Sequence record: PZ027503.1
DNA length: 64,000 nt
DNA from: a phage
Direction: 5' to 3' (one strand)
Shown here: piece by piece, positions 10,160 to 19,509 of the stretch
How positions within the stretch are numbered: position 1 is the first letter of the stretch
How the letters are laid out: every line of letters begins with the position of its first letter
Made by a program: the position numbers and the translations under genes
Notes under the pieces: generated by a model
Database searches by the model: none
What the model was told of the DNA's origin: nothing
What the model saw: the letters and a program-made list of their open reading frames with translations, nothing else

Positions 10160-10726
10160 ATGAAAGTAGAAAAAACAAAAATTGAAGGTGCGGTAATTAT
10201 CAAACCAGACGTTTATAAAGATGATCGTGGTTTCTTTTTAGAAACATATAATGAACAAAAATACGAAGATATTATTGGTAGACAAACTTTCGTTCAAGAT
10301 AACATGTCTAAATCAAACTTCGGTGTTTTGCGAGGAATGCACTTCCAAACAAACAACCCGCAAGGTAAGCTTGTTCGTTGTGTAAGTGGAGAAGTATTGG
10401 ATTTCGCTGTAGATTTACGTAAAGATAGTCCAACTTACGGTGCTTGGGACGGTGTTGTTCTTCGTGCACGACACCATACGCAGTTTTGGCTTCCACCTGG
10501 TTTGGCACATGGTTTTATAGTTTTGAGTATGGATGCTATCTTTGAATACAAATGCACAACTCCATACGACCCTTCTAGCGAACAAAGTTTACGTTGGGAT
10601 GATCCTGATATAGGGATCGATTGGGGATTTGATATGATTTTTGATGAAGATTTTAAACCTATTTTATCAACAAAAGATGCAATGGCTAAATCTTTTCAAC
10701 AGCTACGTAGTGAGGGTGTATGCTAA
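10160..10726 (+). CDS. rmlC: dTDP-4-dehydrorhamnose 3,5-epimerase-like cupin (RmlC-like)
   Basis: DDRGFFLETY, LRGMHFQ, KLVRCVSGEVLDFAVDLRKDSPTYG match RmlC hallmark motifs; 188 aa. Confidence 0.75.
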   Translation: MKVEKTKIEGAVIIKPDVYKDDRGFFLETYNEQKYEDIIGRQTFVQDNMSKSNFGVLRGMHFQTNNPQGKLVRCVSGEVLDFAVDLRKDSPTYGAWDGVVLRARHHTQFWLPPGLAHGFIVLSMDAIFEYKCTTPYDPSSEQSLRWDDPDIGIDWGFDMIFDEDFKPILSTKDAMAKSFQQLRSEGVC

Positions 10727-11562
10727 CATATCTGGTATTAGGTGGTAATGGACAACTGGGACAAGCTTTACGTAAAGTGGTTCCTTCGAATGTATCTTTA
10801 ATTTATCCTAAAGAACGTGTAGATATTACAAATTTTGAAGCTGTGCGAAACGCTATTGTTGAAGATTATGTAGACGGTGTTATTAACTGTGCTGCTTATA
10901 CGGCTGTAGATAAAGCAGAACATGATTTTGCTACTGCTTTGGCTGTTAATGCGTATGGACCTGCAAATATTGCGGCAGTGTGCAGCAAACTTAAAATTGA
11001 TTTTGTGCATATTTCTACAGATTATATTTTTAATTATTCTCATCCTATTTTTGAAGATACTACACCTAACCCAATAAACAATTATGGGTATACGAAAGAA
11101 CTTGGTGAAAAAATGGTGCGAGGAGTTAACCCAAATGCATATATTATTCGAACAGCCTCGGTATATAGCGAATTTGGAAATAACTTTCTAAAAACCATGT
11201 TGTCTCGCTATAATGATGGACAACGTGATTTTATTGTTGTTGCTGATCAGTTCTCTTGTCCAACATATGCTCCAGATTTAGCAGAAGCTATTTTTGAAGT
11301 ATTAAAAACAGGTTGGTCAAGGTCTGTTAAGACTTACCATTTTGCAGGAAGCCATCTTATTTCTTGGGCGGAGTTTGCGGAAAAGATCTTGACACAGATG
11401 CCAGAACCTGTTAAGATATCGGCGGTATCAGCTTCAACCTATAATGCTCCAGCAGCACGTCCGGTGAAGTCACAACTAGTAACCAGTCACTATCTTACAA
11501 AATCAGATTTAAATAAAGGTATTGAACAGTCTTTAGCAGTATTACTTAATAAGGAGAGGTAA
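10720..11562 (+). CDS. rmlD: dTDP-4-dehydrorhamnose reductase-like (RmlD-like) NAD(P)-binding protein
   Basis: N-terminal LVLGGNGQLGQAL Rossmann motif, ISTDYIF; 280 aa; overlaps rmlC-like stop. Confidence 0.7.
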   Translation: MLTYLVLGGNGQLGQALRKVVPSNVSLIYPKERVDITNFEAVRNAIVEDYVDGVINCAAYTAVDKAEHDFATALAVNAYGPANIAAVCSKLKIDFVHISTDYIFNYSHPIFEDTTPNPINNYGYTKELGEKMVRGVNPNAYIIRTASVYSEFGNNFLKTMLSRYNDGQRDFIVVADQFSCPTYAPDLAEAIFEVLKTGWSRSVKTYHFAGSHLISWAEFAEKILTQMPEPVKISAVSASTYNAPAARPVKSQLVTSHYLTKSDLNKGIEQSLAVLLNKER

Positions 11563-11822
11563 TGGAATTTGTAATTTTTGGTAAACCTAACTGTCAATTT
11601 TGCGAAATGTCAAAACAACTATTAACCATGCGCAATAAACAGTTTGAATATTTAAGTCTTGATCAAGACTATGATTTAGAATCAATGACTAAAACAGTTG
11701 TTGATCTTACCGGAGTTCCTCCACGCACATTTCCACAAATTCTGTCTGAAGTGAACGGGGAGGTAACATACGTAGGCGGTTTTACCGAACTGCGTGATCT
11801 CATGGCTCAAATTGCGGAGTAA
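11562..11822 (+). CDS. nrdC: glutaredoxin/thioredoxin-like protein (NrdC-like)
   Basis: CQFC active-site pair near N-terminus, 86 aa, resembles T4 NrdC. Confidence 0.6.
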   Translation: MEFVIFGKPNCQFCEMSKQLLTMRNKQFEYLSLDQDYDLESMTKTVVDLTGVPPRTFPQILSEVNGEVTYVGGFTELRDLMAQIAE

Positions 11823-11827
11823 CAATT

Positions 11828-11977
11828 ATGAAAAGTAAACAGAAACGTAAGATCTTTTCTCGTGCTTTGGCAAATGAGCTGAAGTCCAACATAAAGAAAA
11901 CGAAACCAAAACGTGAAACTTCTCCAGAACATCTGTTGTTTAACGAGTTGGATCACGGAGTAGGAGACGACGAATAG
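11828..11977 (+). CDS. small basic protein (49 aa)
   Basis: Below track cutoff; ATG 11828 to TAG 11975-11977. Confidence 0.3.
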   Translation: MKSKQKRKIFSRALANELKSNIKKTKPKRETSPEHLLFNELDHGVGDDE

Positions 11978-11984
11978 GAAGTAA

Positions 11985-12485
11985 ATGGCTAAAGTAGTAG
12001 ATGAGTTTGATATGCTACGAGTCGATGAAGGACTGAAGCTTACTGTTTATCAAGACCATCTTGGTTATTGGACAGTCGGCATAGGACACCTTCTGACTAA
12101 AATAAAAGATAAAGCAAAGGCTATTCAAATCTTAGATAATCTTCTTGGTCGTAAGACTAATGGAGTTATCACAGAAAAAGAAGCCCGTCAAATCTTTGCT
12201 GACGATGTTGCAAAAGTGAAGAGAGACATAAAAAACAGTACTATCTTATCACCAATCTATGATAAGGTTAGTGATACTCGTAAATTGGGAATAATTAACA
12301 TGGTTTTCCAGTTGGGGTTAAAAGGTGCTGAAGGGTTTCAAAATAGCTTGACTTTAATCAGCAATGCATATTATACTCAAGCAGGTAAAAACATGCGTAA
12401 AAGCCGATGGTATAGCCAGACGCCAAACCGTGCTGAACGAGTAATTAAAGTTCTGACTTCTGGAACTTTAGATGCTTACAACTAA
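11985..12485 (+). CDS. T4-type lysozyme (glycoside hydrolase family 24 endolysin)
   Basis: MLRVDEGLKLTVYQDHLGYWTVGIGHLL and KSRWYSQTPNRAERVIKVLTSGTLDAY closely parallel T4 lysozyme. Confidence 0.9.
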   Translation: MAKVVDEFDMLRVDEGLKLTVYQDHLGYWTVGIGHLLTKIKDKAKAIQILDNLLGRKTNGVITEKEARQIFADDVAKVKRDIKNSTILSPIYDKVSDTRKLGIINMVFQLGLKGAEGFQNSLTLISNAYYTQAGKNMRKSRWYSQTPNRAERVIKVLTSGTLDAYN

Positions 12486-12489
12486 TAAA

Positions 12490-12503
12490 GGGGCTTCGGC
12501 CCC
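12490..12503 (+). terminator. terminator-like hairpin (weak U-run)
   Basis: GGGGC-ttcg-GCCCC then TTCTAAAA. Confidence 0.35.
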
Positions 12504-12522
12504 TTCTAAAAGGAGTGCTACT

Positions 12523-13281
12523 ATGGGAAATAAAACCGCAGCTAAAACACAACGGCAGAAACTGGCTAATTCAGCAAAGATTGAAAGCCGTTATGCAGCA
12601 AAAGCGGTAGGTAATGACGATTACCGTTTAGATGAATTTATGCCTGAAGGGGACCAAAATAAGATTGTTCAAAGCATGATCTGGAATGATCTGACTGTTG
12701 TAAATGCTCCGGCAGGGACTGGTAAAACATCTGTTGCTTTATGGAAAGCTTTGCAGATGCTTCGTTCAGGAGACTTCCGTAAACTACTTTTTATCAAGAA
12801 CCCTACTGAAGTCGGAGATGACCAGATTGGTTTCTTGTCTGGGGATAAAACAGATAAACTAGCAGCACACTATGAATCTACAAAACGTATTTTCCAGCAA
12901 TTCATGACAGCCAACAAATTGGAAAACGATATTGGATCAGGTAAGATCGAATTGAATATTCCTAACTATTTGTTGGGGGCTACCCTGGATAATACAATCG
13001 TCATTATTGACGAAGCACAACTTATGTCAACAGAAACACTTAAACTTCTTATTGAACGTGCAGGTATTAATACGCATGTTATTGTATTAGGCGATGTTCG
13101 CCAGACATATGCAATTAAAAAACGTAGCAATGGTCTGCATCAAATTTTGGAACTTTTATATCCAGAAAATGAAGAAGGTGTTCGTGAGCCAATTGTAGAT
13201 TTTATTGGATACGTTGAACTGACAACGGACGATAATAAACGTGGACGTTTGTCTAAACTGATTACTGAAGTGTTTATTTAA
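12523..13281 (+). CDS. phoH: PhoH-like ATPase
   Basis: Walker A NAPAGTGKT, Walker B-like IVIIDEAQ; start set at ATG 12523 after AAAAGGAG. Confidence 0.85.
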   Translation: MGNKTAAKTQRQKLANSAKIESRYAAKAVGNDDYRLDEFMPEGDQNKIVQSMIWNDLTVVNAPAGTGKTSVALWKALQMLRSGDFRKLLFIKNPTEVGDDQIGFLSGDKTDKLAAHYESTKRIFQQFMTANKLENDIGSGKIELNIPNYLLGATLDNTIVIIDEAQLMSTETLKLLIERAGINTHVIVLGDVRQTYAIKKRSNGLHQILELLYPENEEGVREPIVDFIGYVELTTDDNKRGRLSKLITEVFI

Positions 13282-13316
13282 TAACATGGCAGGGAAGCCA
13301 TTTATAAGGAGGATTG

Positions 13317-13817
13317 ATGGGTGTAGCAACAATAGCTATCGGAAGAAGCGGTATAGATGAGTGCTATCAAACGGGACTCGTAAAACCTAACGAATTTCGT
13401 CAAATTTGTGTAAACCATATTGAAAAAGAGATTGCTCTTACTTTAGAGAATATGACCCTCCGAGATAAACTGGAAATGTTTAAATGTTGGTGTCTAGGAG
13501 AAGATTGGCTTTTAAACCATTTTCAAGAACTTTCTGATAGTAAAGAAAGCTTGTTTGATTGTATAATAGGAATAGCTGGCTCCGATCCTAGCCTTCTGCA
13601 CATAACAGAAGAAGAGGCGAAGTTACTGTTCTTAAGTAATTTGTTTAATAAGAAAGCACTGCTTGTTCGTGATTGCAGTGATCTTCTTAATAACCCGCTC
13701 GCAACGTCTGATCAAATTTTTGTTGACAAAGAGACACTACGTGCGATAGAATACATCTGCAAATATGTGAATGGCGGGAAAGCGGTTCTTAAAACGTTAA
13801 CAGAGGAGGAAGAATAG
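13317..13817 (+). CDS. hypothetical protein
   Basis: ORF in track; AAGGAGGA RBS. Confidence 0.5.
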   Translation: MGVATIAIGRSGIDECYQTGLVKPNEFRQICVNHIEKEIALTLENMTLRDKLEMFKCWCLGEDWLLNHFQELSDSKESLFDCIIGIAGSDPSLLHITEEEAKLLFLSNLFNKKALLVRDCSDLLNNPLATSDQIFVDKETLRAIEYICKYVNGGKAVLKTLTEEEE

Positions 13818-14509
13818 TGACGACAATTATTGCGACCAAAAATAAGATTTTGAGTGACGGTAAGGTAACTTTTGGTGGACGTGTAGATTCTATTAATTTC
13901 AAAAAGGTCCGAAAAATTGGAGATTACCTTGTAGGTGGTGCTGGTCGTCTGACCTCCGTGCTTTCTTTCTTTCAATGGTTTGAACAAAATCTACAGTGCG
14001 AAGCAGCACGTGATGCTGTCCCTGGTTTGATGATTCACTCTGATCCAGATAAAGAAGATGAAGAGTTTATTGCACTTGTTGTTCATCCAGACGGACGTAT
14101 TTTCCTGCACGAAGGTAACAACCCAACACGTGCATATCCGATTGATGAAGAATATTATGCGGTAGGAAGCGGGTCAGACTTTGCTTTAGCTGCTCTTGAT
14201 GCAGGAGCAACACCAGAACAGGCTATGGAAGTAGCTAAAAAGCGAGATGCTTTTTCTGGTGGTGAAACATTTATTGAAGAACAAGATGAGATTATTGAAT
14301 TAACAGATGATGATTTAGAAAACTTCTCCAAAGAAGAATTAATCAATCTTTTGAAATTCGGTAATCCCTACGGTGAAGAAGAACCTCGTAACGTGGCAGG
14401 TAACGAGGCGGATACTGAAGAAAAATCTGTTGCAGAAAACAACTTGACTTCTAAATCTGAAAATATTAATCTCGTAAATGTGGCGGATTTCGAAGGAACC
14501 GCTATTTAA
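13817..14509 (+). CDS. HslV/proteasome-like Ntn-hydrolase peptidase with acidic C-terminal tail
   Basis: N-terminal MTTII (Thr right after Met), KKVRK, GGAG, AVGSGSDFALAALDAG parallel HslV; GTG start after GAGGAGGAAG. Confidence 0.55.
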   Translation: MTTIIATKNKILSDGKVTFGGRVDSINFKKVRKIGDYLVGGAGRLTSVLSFFQWFEQNLQCEAARDAVPGLMIHSDPDKEDEEFIALVVHPDGRIFLHEGNNPTRAYPIDEEYYAVGSGSDFALAALDAGATPEQAMEVAKKRDAFSGGETFIEEQDEIIELTDDDLENFSKEELINLLKFGNPYGEEEPRNVAGNEADTEEKSVAENNLTSKSENINLVNVADFEGTAI

Positions 14510-14515
14510 CAAACT

Positions 14516-14529
14516 GCCCCTTCGGGGGC
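14516..14529 (+). terminator. terminator-like hairpin
   Basis: GCCCC-ttcg-GGGGC then ATTTCTT. Confidence 0.35.
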
Positions 14530-14554
14530 ATTTCTTAAACATAGGAGATTAATA

Positions 14555-14989
14555 ATGTTACAAGTTCCTGCTAAGTTTGTTGAAGGCGCTATCCACTCTT
14601 ACCGTCAAACATGTAAGAGGGCAAGAAACTGTTTAGATGGTCTGGTGGCAAAAACCTATACTGTTGAAAAGAAGAAACGTTGGTTTGGCAAAGATGTTTA
14701 CGAAGTTAATATTTTTGGTGAACATAAACTAAACCATGATACTCCTGAAAACATGTTAGAAATATTTCTAAGAGATGACAAAATATCTCCTATGGATTAC
14801 CAACTTTTAAAATTTTATGATTCTTCTTTGGCTATTGATAAGTTTGTTGAAGATATTCTGTCTAGAAAAACAGATAAAAACACTTATCCTCTAGAAGCTG
14901 ATCAAATAGGATTATTAAACGAGATTTCATCCTTTAAAGAGTTGGATAATATTACAAAAGAGGAGATTTTAGATGGCATTAGATTATGA
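14555..14989 (+). CDS. hypothetical protein
   Basis: ORF in track; GGAGA RBS. Confidence 0.5.
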   Translation: MLQVPAKFVEGAIHSYRQTCKRARNCLDGLVAKTYTVEKKKRWFGKDVYEVNIFGEHKLNHDTPENMLEIFLRDDKISPMDYQLLKFYDSSLAIDKFVEDILSRKTDKNTYPLEADQIGLLNEISSFKELDNITKEEILDGIRL

Positions 14990-15482
14990 TCGCCCAACGA
15001 GCGATTATTATCCGACACCGCAAAAAGCAATCAATAGTTTGTTTAGTGTTATAGATTTCAAAAATCTAAAGGAAGAAGGTTGGGTTTTTGCAGAACCTTG
15101 CAGAGGTGAAGCTGAAGCGATTTATCGCCATTTTCCTGAAGGTTCGGAATATTGCGAACTTGAAGAAGGTAAAGATTATTTTAGTCATGAATGGGAAAAT
15201 CGTCCCGACATTATAATCACAAACCCTCCATTTAAGTTAGCAATGGAGTTCTTGGAAAAGAGCTTAAAAGAGGCGGATGTTTGTATTTATCTTCTTCGGT
15301 TGGGCTTCTTGGAGTCAAAGAAACGACGAGAGTTCCATCAAAAGAATCCACCAACAAACCTTATAGTCCTTTCAGAACGGCCTTCGTTTGTTGCAGGTGG
15401 AACAGATAAGACAGCATACGCTTGGTATGTATACGACCCAAAGAATCGTTTGGGCCTCTCTCAACCATTTTATTTTGTTTAA
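14973..15482 (+). CDS. putative N6-adenine DNA methyltransferase (small phage Dam-like)
   Basis: DYYPTP near N-terminus and IIITNPPF motif; 169 aa. Confidence 0.45.
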   Translation: MALDYDRPTSDYYPTPQKAINSLFSVIDFKNLKEEGWVFAEPCRGEAEAIYRHFPEGSEYCELEEGKDYFSHEWENRPDIIITNPPFKLAMEFLEKSLKEADVCIYLLRLGFLESKKRREFHQKNPPTNLIVLSERPSFVAGGTDKTAYAWYVYDPKNRLGLSQPFYFV

Positions 15483-15494
15483 GGAGTGTGAACT

Positions 15495-15731
15495 ATGGGT
15501 AAACTAATTATGACAGTGGCTATTGATTTTGATGAAGTAGATGAAAGCCTCAACCTTTCACTTTCTACTGACGTAGATGGCGAAATGGATAATATTGAAG
15601 CAGCTACTGCTCTTTTCTTCAAAAAAGCCATTGAAGTTTATGCCGAACATGCTGCAAATCAGGCAGTAGATTACGGTGGTATCGTGCGAGCTTTAGTTCA
15701 CTCTACCGAGGGCAATGACTGGGAAGATTAA
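15495..15731 (+). CDS. hypothetical protein
   Basis: ORF in track; acidic. Confidence 0.45.
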   Translation: MGKLIMTVAIDFDEVDESLNLSLSTDVDGEMDNIEAATALFFKKAIEVYAEHAANQAVDYGGIVRALVHSTEGNDWED

Positions 15732-15934
15732 TGGCTTACAATTATTACTGCATTTATGCACATGAAAAGAAAAAAGGTGACACTGGGACTAACGTTTATG
15801 CGGAGTCCGAATCTCATGCAAAAGAGATTGGTGCTATCCTTTTATCACGCTGGACTGGAAATAATTACAGTGCAGAAGATATGTTTGCAGAAGTGGATTC
15901 TAGTATCCAAGAAGACAACATAACAACTACGTGA
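15731..15934 (+). CDS. hypothetical protein
   Basis: ORF in track; ATGG/TAATG-type coupling with upstream gene. Confidence 0.45.
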   Translation: MAYNYYCIYAHEKKKGDTGTNVYAESESHAKEIGAILLSRWTGNNYSAEDMFAEVDSSIQEDNITTT

Positions 15935-15950
15935 TATACTTATACTCCCT

Positions 15951-15978
15951 TTTCGGAGGGAGTATTTTAAGGAGGGAT
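15951..15978 (+). terminator. intrinsic terminator
   Basis: ATACTCCC...GGGAGTAT 8-bp stem followed by TTTT. Confidence 0.5.
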
Positions 15979-15979
15979 T

Positions 15980-16174
15980 ATGCAGAGCGGAGAAGAACTT
16001 TTAGAGAAACAATTCTCAACGCGTCAACAAGCTTTAAGTTATATGGTTTTTCTAAGCAATCTTGATGTGAATGAGATACTTTTACGGCGCGAAGGTAATT
16101 TCTGGAGCGTTAAATATCATGCAACAAGGTCTGTAATCTACCTGGAAGAGGCGGAATTCTCTTTGGTAGAATGA
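15980..16174 (+). CDS. hypothetical protein
   Basis: ORF in track; GGAGGG RBS. Confidence 0.45.
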   Translation: MQSGEELLEKQFSTRQQALSYMVFLSNLDVNEILLRREGNFWSVKYHATRSVIYLEEAEFSLVE

Positions 16175-16188
16175 TCCTAGGAGTAGTT

Positions 16189-16761
16189 ATGCGTTCAACT
16201 TTCACTGGCAAAATAAATGCTGGTTTGATTTTTACAGCAGTAAGCATTCTTAGCAAAAAGTTTAAAGTTGTTAACTTACCTGTGTGTGTCGATTTCGATC
16301 ATGTTTTTGATCCTTCGAACCCCACTCGTTGCATAGTAAGGAGTAATGTTGAAAACCCAACAGAAAATCTTTTTTATGTAACAAAACCATCTCAAAGCAT
16401 ACTTAACCAGGTTGAGGCGAAATTGATACCTAACGGTAAATATTACTCCTTTTTACCTTGTAAGTCGGTTGAAGTAGAGAATAGCAATACTTTCGCTAAT
16501 AACTTGTCTGTATTCGTTTTCTTTGTTTCACAGGAAGACGAAACAGATGAAATGGTAGCAACAGTGAGATCACTTTATGACTCTTTAGGGGTTGTTTATA
16601 GTCAACAAGTGTGCGAAAATAATAAAGCCTGTGTAGATTTCATTATCAACGGTATTTGTGTTTGTAGAGTAGAATCTTTTTGGCTGCACGATACATATGT
16701 GACTGTAGCAGAGGTTATATCTGAACCAAGATTTAGTCATGCGGTTTCGTTAATAATTTGA
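16189..16761 (+). CDS. hypothetical protein
   Basis: ORF in track trimmed to ATG 16189 after AGGAG. Confidence 0.45.
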   Translation: MRSTFTGKINAGLIFTAVSILSKKFKVVNLPVCVDFDHVFDPSNPTRCIVRSNVENPTENLFYVTKPSQSILNQVEAKLIPNGKYYSFLPCKSVEVENSNTFANNLSVFVFFVSQEDETDEMVATVRSLYDSLGVVYSQQVCENNKACVDFIINGICVCRVESFWLHDTYVTVAEVISEPRFSHAVSLII

Positions 16762-16771
16762 GGAGGAAGGA

Positions 16772-17101
16772 ATGGAAATTACTACAGAACAAGCCCTTAT
16801 CGACGAGGGTCGTAAAATCTTAGAAAAGTATTTAGGGGAGATTCATAAAACCCCTGGCTATTTGGGTTGGAGAATTGTTGAAGCTGTAGATTTCCTTCCT
16901 CGTAACAGTAAAAGCGTCGAAATGCGATCTCTTTTCTTATTAGTAAAGGTGGATGGGGATACACCTTTTAAAGATGCCGCAGAACATATTGAAAAAGTTG
17001 AAGAGAAAGCTTATGCAGAGTTTGCCGATCTTGTTTTAGAACAAGAGATTGAAGGGAAGGTGAATATTTTTATTTTCTTAGATTTTGAGGAGGATAAGTG
17101 A
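16772..17101 (+). CDS. hypothetical protein
   Basis: ORF in track; GAGGAGGAAGG RBS. Confidence 0.5.
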   Translation: MEITTEQALIDEGRKILEKYLGEIHKTPGYLGWRIVEAVDFLPRNSKSVEMRSLFLLVKVDGDTPFKDAAEHIEKVEEKAYAEFADLVLEQEIEGKVNIFIFLDFEEDK

Positions 17102-17841
17102 TCATACACAGAGAAATTACTGTTAAAAGCGATCAAGATCTTTTTATAATTGGAGATCTACACGGTTGTTATAATTTGTATGAAAAAGGAAAGGCAAAGT
17201 TAGGTATCAGAGATACAGATGTGGTTGTATCTCTAGGAGATCTTACTGACCGTGGAAAGCAAAACTTTCGTTGTGTTTTAGAATTTACTCGTAAACACAA
17301 TCGCTACGCTATTCGTGGCAATCATGAAGACATGATGATTAAAGGTATGCTAGAAGGAGATCGTAGCTACTACGAGTGTTGGTATCAAAATGGAGGATAT
17401 ACGGTCTTTGAAGAATGTGGTGAAGAAGGAGCTACAGCCTTAGCAATGATGACAGAAGATTTACCTGTTGTTCTCGTTGTTAACTACAGAGGCATGAAAC
17501 TTGCGTTTATTCATGGTGGGTATCCCTCTTCTTTGGAATATCTCCCTGTAACAGATATTCCAGAATACATTTCGAAGATGACAAAAACACAGGAAAACCG
17601 TTTTGCTGAAGCACTTATGTGGGACAGAGATATGGTAGACTGTGCTAAAGAGGGAATGAAACTTCCTGTTGTGATGGGTGTGGATTATGTGTTTCATGGA
17701 CACTCTTATGTAAAAACACCTATTATCAATGCGAATCGTGTTTATATGGATACTGGATCTGTGTTCAATAATAACTTAACATTTGCTTATTTCGATATGG
17801 ACGGTGGTCTTCAATTTTATTCAACTCTTGAGGAGGATTAA
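17098..17841 (+). CDS. Ser/Thr protein phosphatase (calcineurin-like metallophosphoesterase)
   Basis: GDLHG, GDLTDRG, GNHE metallophosphatase motifs in canonical order. Confidence 0.8.
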   Translation: MIIHREITVKSDQDLFIIGDLHGCYNLYEKGKAKLGIRDTDVVVSLGDLTDRGKQNFRCVLEFTRKHNRYAIRGNHEDMMIKGMLEGDRSYYECWYQNGGYTVFEECGEEGATALAMMTEDLPVVLVVNYRGMKLAFIHGGYPSSLEYLPVTDIPEYISKMTKTQENRFAEALMWDRDMVDCAKEGMKLPVVMGVDYVFHGHSYVKTPIINANRVYMDTGSVFNNNLTFAYFDMDGGLQFYSTLEED

Positions 17842-18149
17842 TGTATAAGATTACAATTATTCAAAGTGTAGGTAATATCCGTAAAGAAGTTATCTTAGAA
17901 ACAGAAGATGTTAATCTTGTTCGTGAGATTGTTCTTAAGGAAGATAACCTGCAAGCTGTAGAATCAGATGCACCGAATCTTATGGTGGATCAAGAATATT
18001 CTGAACTTCGTCGTATTTTTGAAGAGATTCAGAAGAAAGAAACACAACCGACCATAAAACCTTTTGGTCCTTATGATCCGAGCAATCCTAGCAGTCCTTG
18101 GATCATGAGAAATACGGAACCGTATACACCTTTTGAAATTACTTGTTGA
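17841..18149 (+). CDS. hypothetical protein
   Basis: ORF in track; ATGA-type overlap. Confidence 0.45.
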   Translation: MYKITIIQSVGNIRKEVILETEDVNLVREIVLKEDNLQAVESDAPNLMVDQEYSELRRIFEEIQKKETQPTIKPFGPYDPSNPSSPWIMRNTEPYTPFEITC

Positions 18150-18156
18150 GGTGATT

Positions 18157-18738
18157 ATGGCAGAACTGTTCTATACGGGAGTTGGAAGTAGAGACATATC
18201 CGAAGAAGAGTGGGCTTTGATGGTAGGCATAGGGAAATGGCTTTCAAACCTTGGGTTTAAATTAAGGTCTGGGAAGGCAGAGGGTAGTGATTCTGCTTTT
18301 GAAACAGGTGTCCAAGAGTCTGAAAATCCTACTAACAAGGAGATTTATGTTCCTTGGGAAAATTTCAAAGGTAATCAGATTCCAGGGGATGTTATTGTTC
18401 TTGCAAAACCAGATACAATGAACTATGCTATCTCTGTGCAATGGATCAAAGATGTTCACCCAGCCTATGAAAAGCTTAAGCAGGGTGCTAGAAAATTGCA
18501 CCAACGTAATGTGCATCAAGTGTTAGGTAGAGATTTGGAGAATCCTGCTCCATCATGTTTCTTGTTGGCTTGTGCTAATACTGATAAACATGGAGATGCA
18601 AAAGGTGGAACAGCTACGGCTTGGAAGATAGCTAAAGCCAATAATGTTCCTTGTTTAAACATTCGTGGGAAAACAAAACAAGAGATTTACGATTTTCTAC
18701 GACCTTTGGTAATGAGGGCAATAACAAGTGATTCCTAA
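18157..18738 (+). CDS. SLOG-superfamily (DprA/LOG-like) Rossmann-fold protein
   Basis: YTGVGSR...RSGKAEGSDSAFETG...KGGTATAWKIA resembles DprA/LOG glycine-rich motifs; start at ATG 18157 after GAGGTGA. Confidence 0.4.
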   Translation: MAELFYTGVGSRDISEEEWALMVGIGKWLSNLGFKLRSGKAEGSDSAFETGVQESENPTNKEIYVPWENFKGNQIPGDVIVLAKPDTMNYAISVQWIKDVHPAYEKLKQGARKLHQRNVHQVLGRDLENPAPSCFLLACANTDKHGDAKGGTATAWKIAKANNVPCLNIRGKTKQEIYDFLRPLVMRAITSDS

Positions 18739-19240
18739 ACGTAAACGTGGTGAACAAAGAACAAACTTGGCAGAAATCTTAGATTACAACATGGTTAATG
18801 ATGTGACAAAAGAAATTCTGCCTGTTGTAGAAGATATTCTTCAAAGAGGGTTACGATTCTGCTCGGATCGGGTGCATTTCATGTGGACACATAAAAGTGA
18901 CTCCGCTTTGAATTTCTATCCTTTGGATTATACTCTGAACAATACAGAGATGAAAGATATCAACAAATACTTAATGGGATATAAAGATATAACCGAAACC
19001 GTTCTTGGAGAATTGGCAGAAATCTTGGCTAACGATATTCTTAGAAATATTAATAAGGCTCTTGACAGAAGCCCAGCAGGAGTAGTAGTATCTTTTGCTG
19101 TGCCAGATATGGTTAAATATGAGTCTACAATACCTAATAAAGCTTATGCCTTTCTTCGGAGAGACGTTCGTGGAAATGTGTTGGAGATGGAGTCAAACTA
19201 CAAGATTGAGGAGGTTTTATGGCAGAGTTCGGATCAGTAA
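18728..19240 (+). CDS. hypothetical protein
   Basis: ORF in track. Confidence 0.45.
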   Translation: MIPKRKRGEQRTNLAEILDYNMVNDVTKEILPVVEDILQRGLRFCSDRVHFMWTHKSDSALNFYPLDYTLNNTEMKDINKYLMGYKDITETVLGELAEILANDILRNINKALDRSPAGVVVSFAVPDMVKYESTIPNKAYAFLRRDVRGNVLEMESNYKIEEVLWQSSDQ

Positions 19241-19509
19241 CAAGTTTTGAAAGTAACTTCGTTACCGCTTGGGAAGCTTGGGATGAAATGGGTGTTGGGG
19301 AACTTTATTTTTACAATGTAACACTACGTCCAGAGTATGCTTACCTGGTACCAGAAGGAACAGTTCAAATTGGCATGTATCTGTCTTCTCAAGATGGTGT
19401 TGTTCAATTTGAGTTTTATTCAAACACAACGGACAACGAATTTACATATCGTGCATTTCATGTCAACATGTCTTTAGGAGAGGAGAAATTTTATGACGAC
19501 CAAGTTTAA
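19219..19509 (+). CDS. hypothetical protein
   Basis: ORF in track. Confidence 0.45.
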   Translation: MAEFGSVTSFESNFVTAWEAWDEMGVGELYFYNVTLRPEYAYLVPEGTVQIGMYLSSQDGVVQFEFYSNTTDNEFTYRAFHVNMSLGEEKFYDDQV

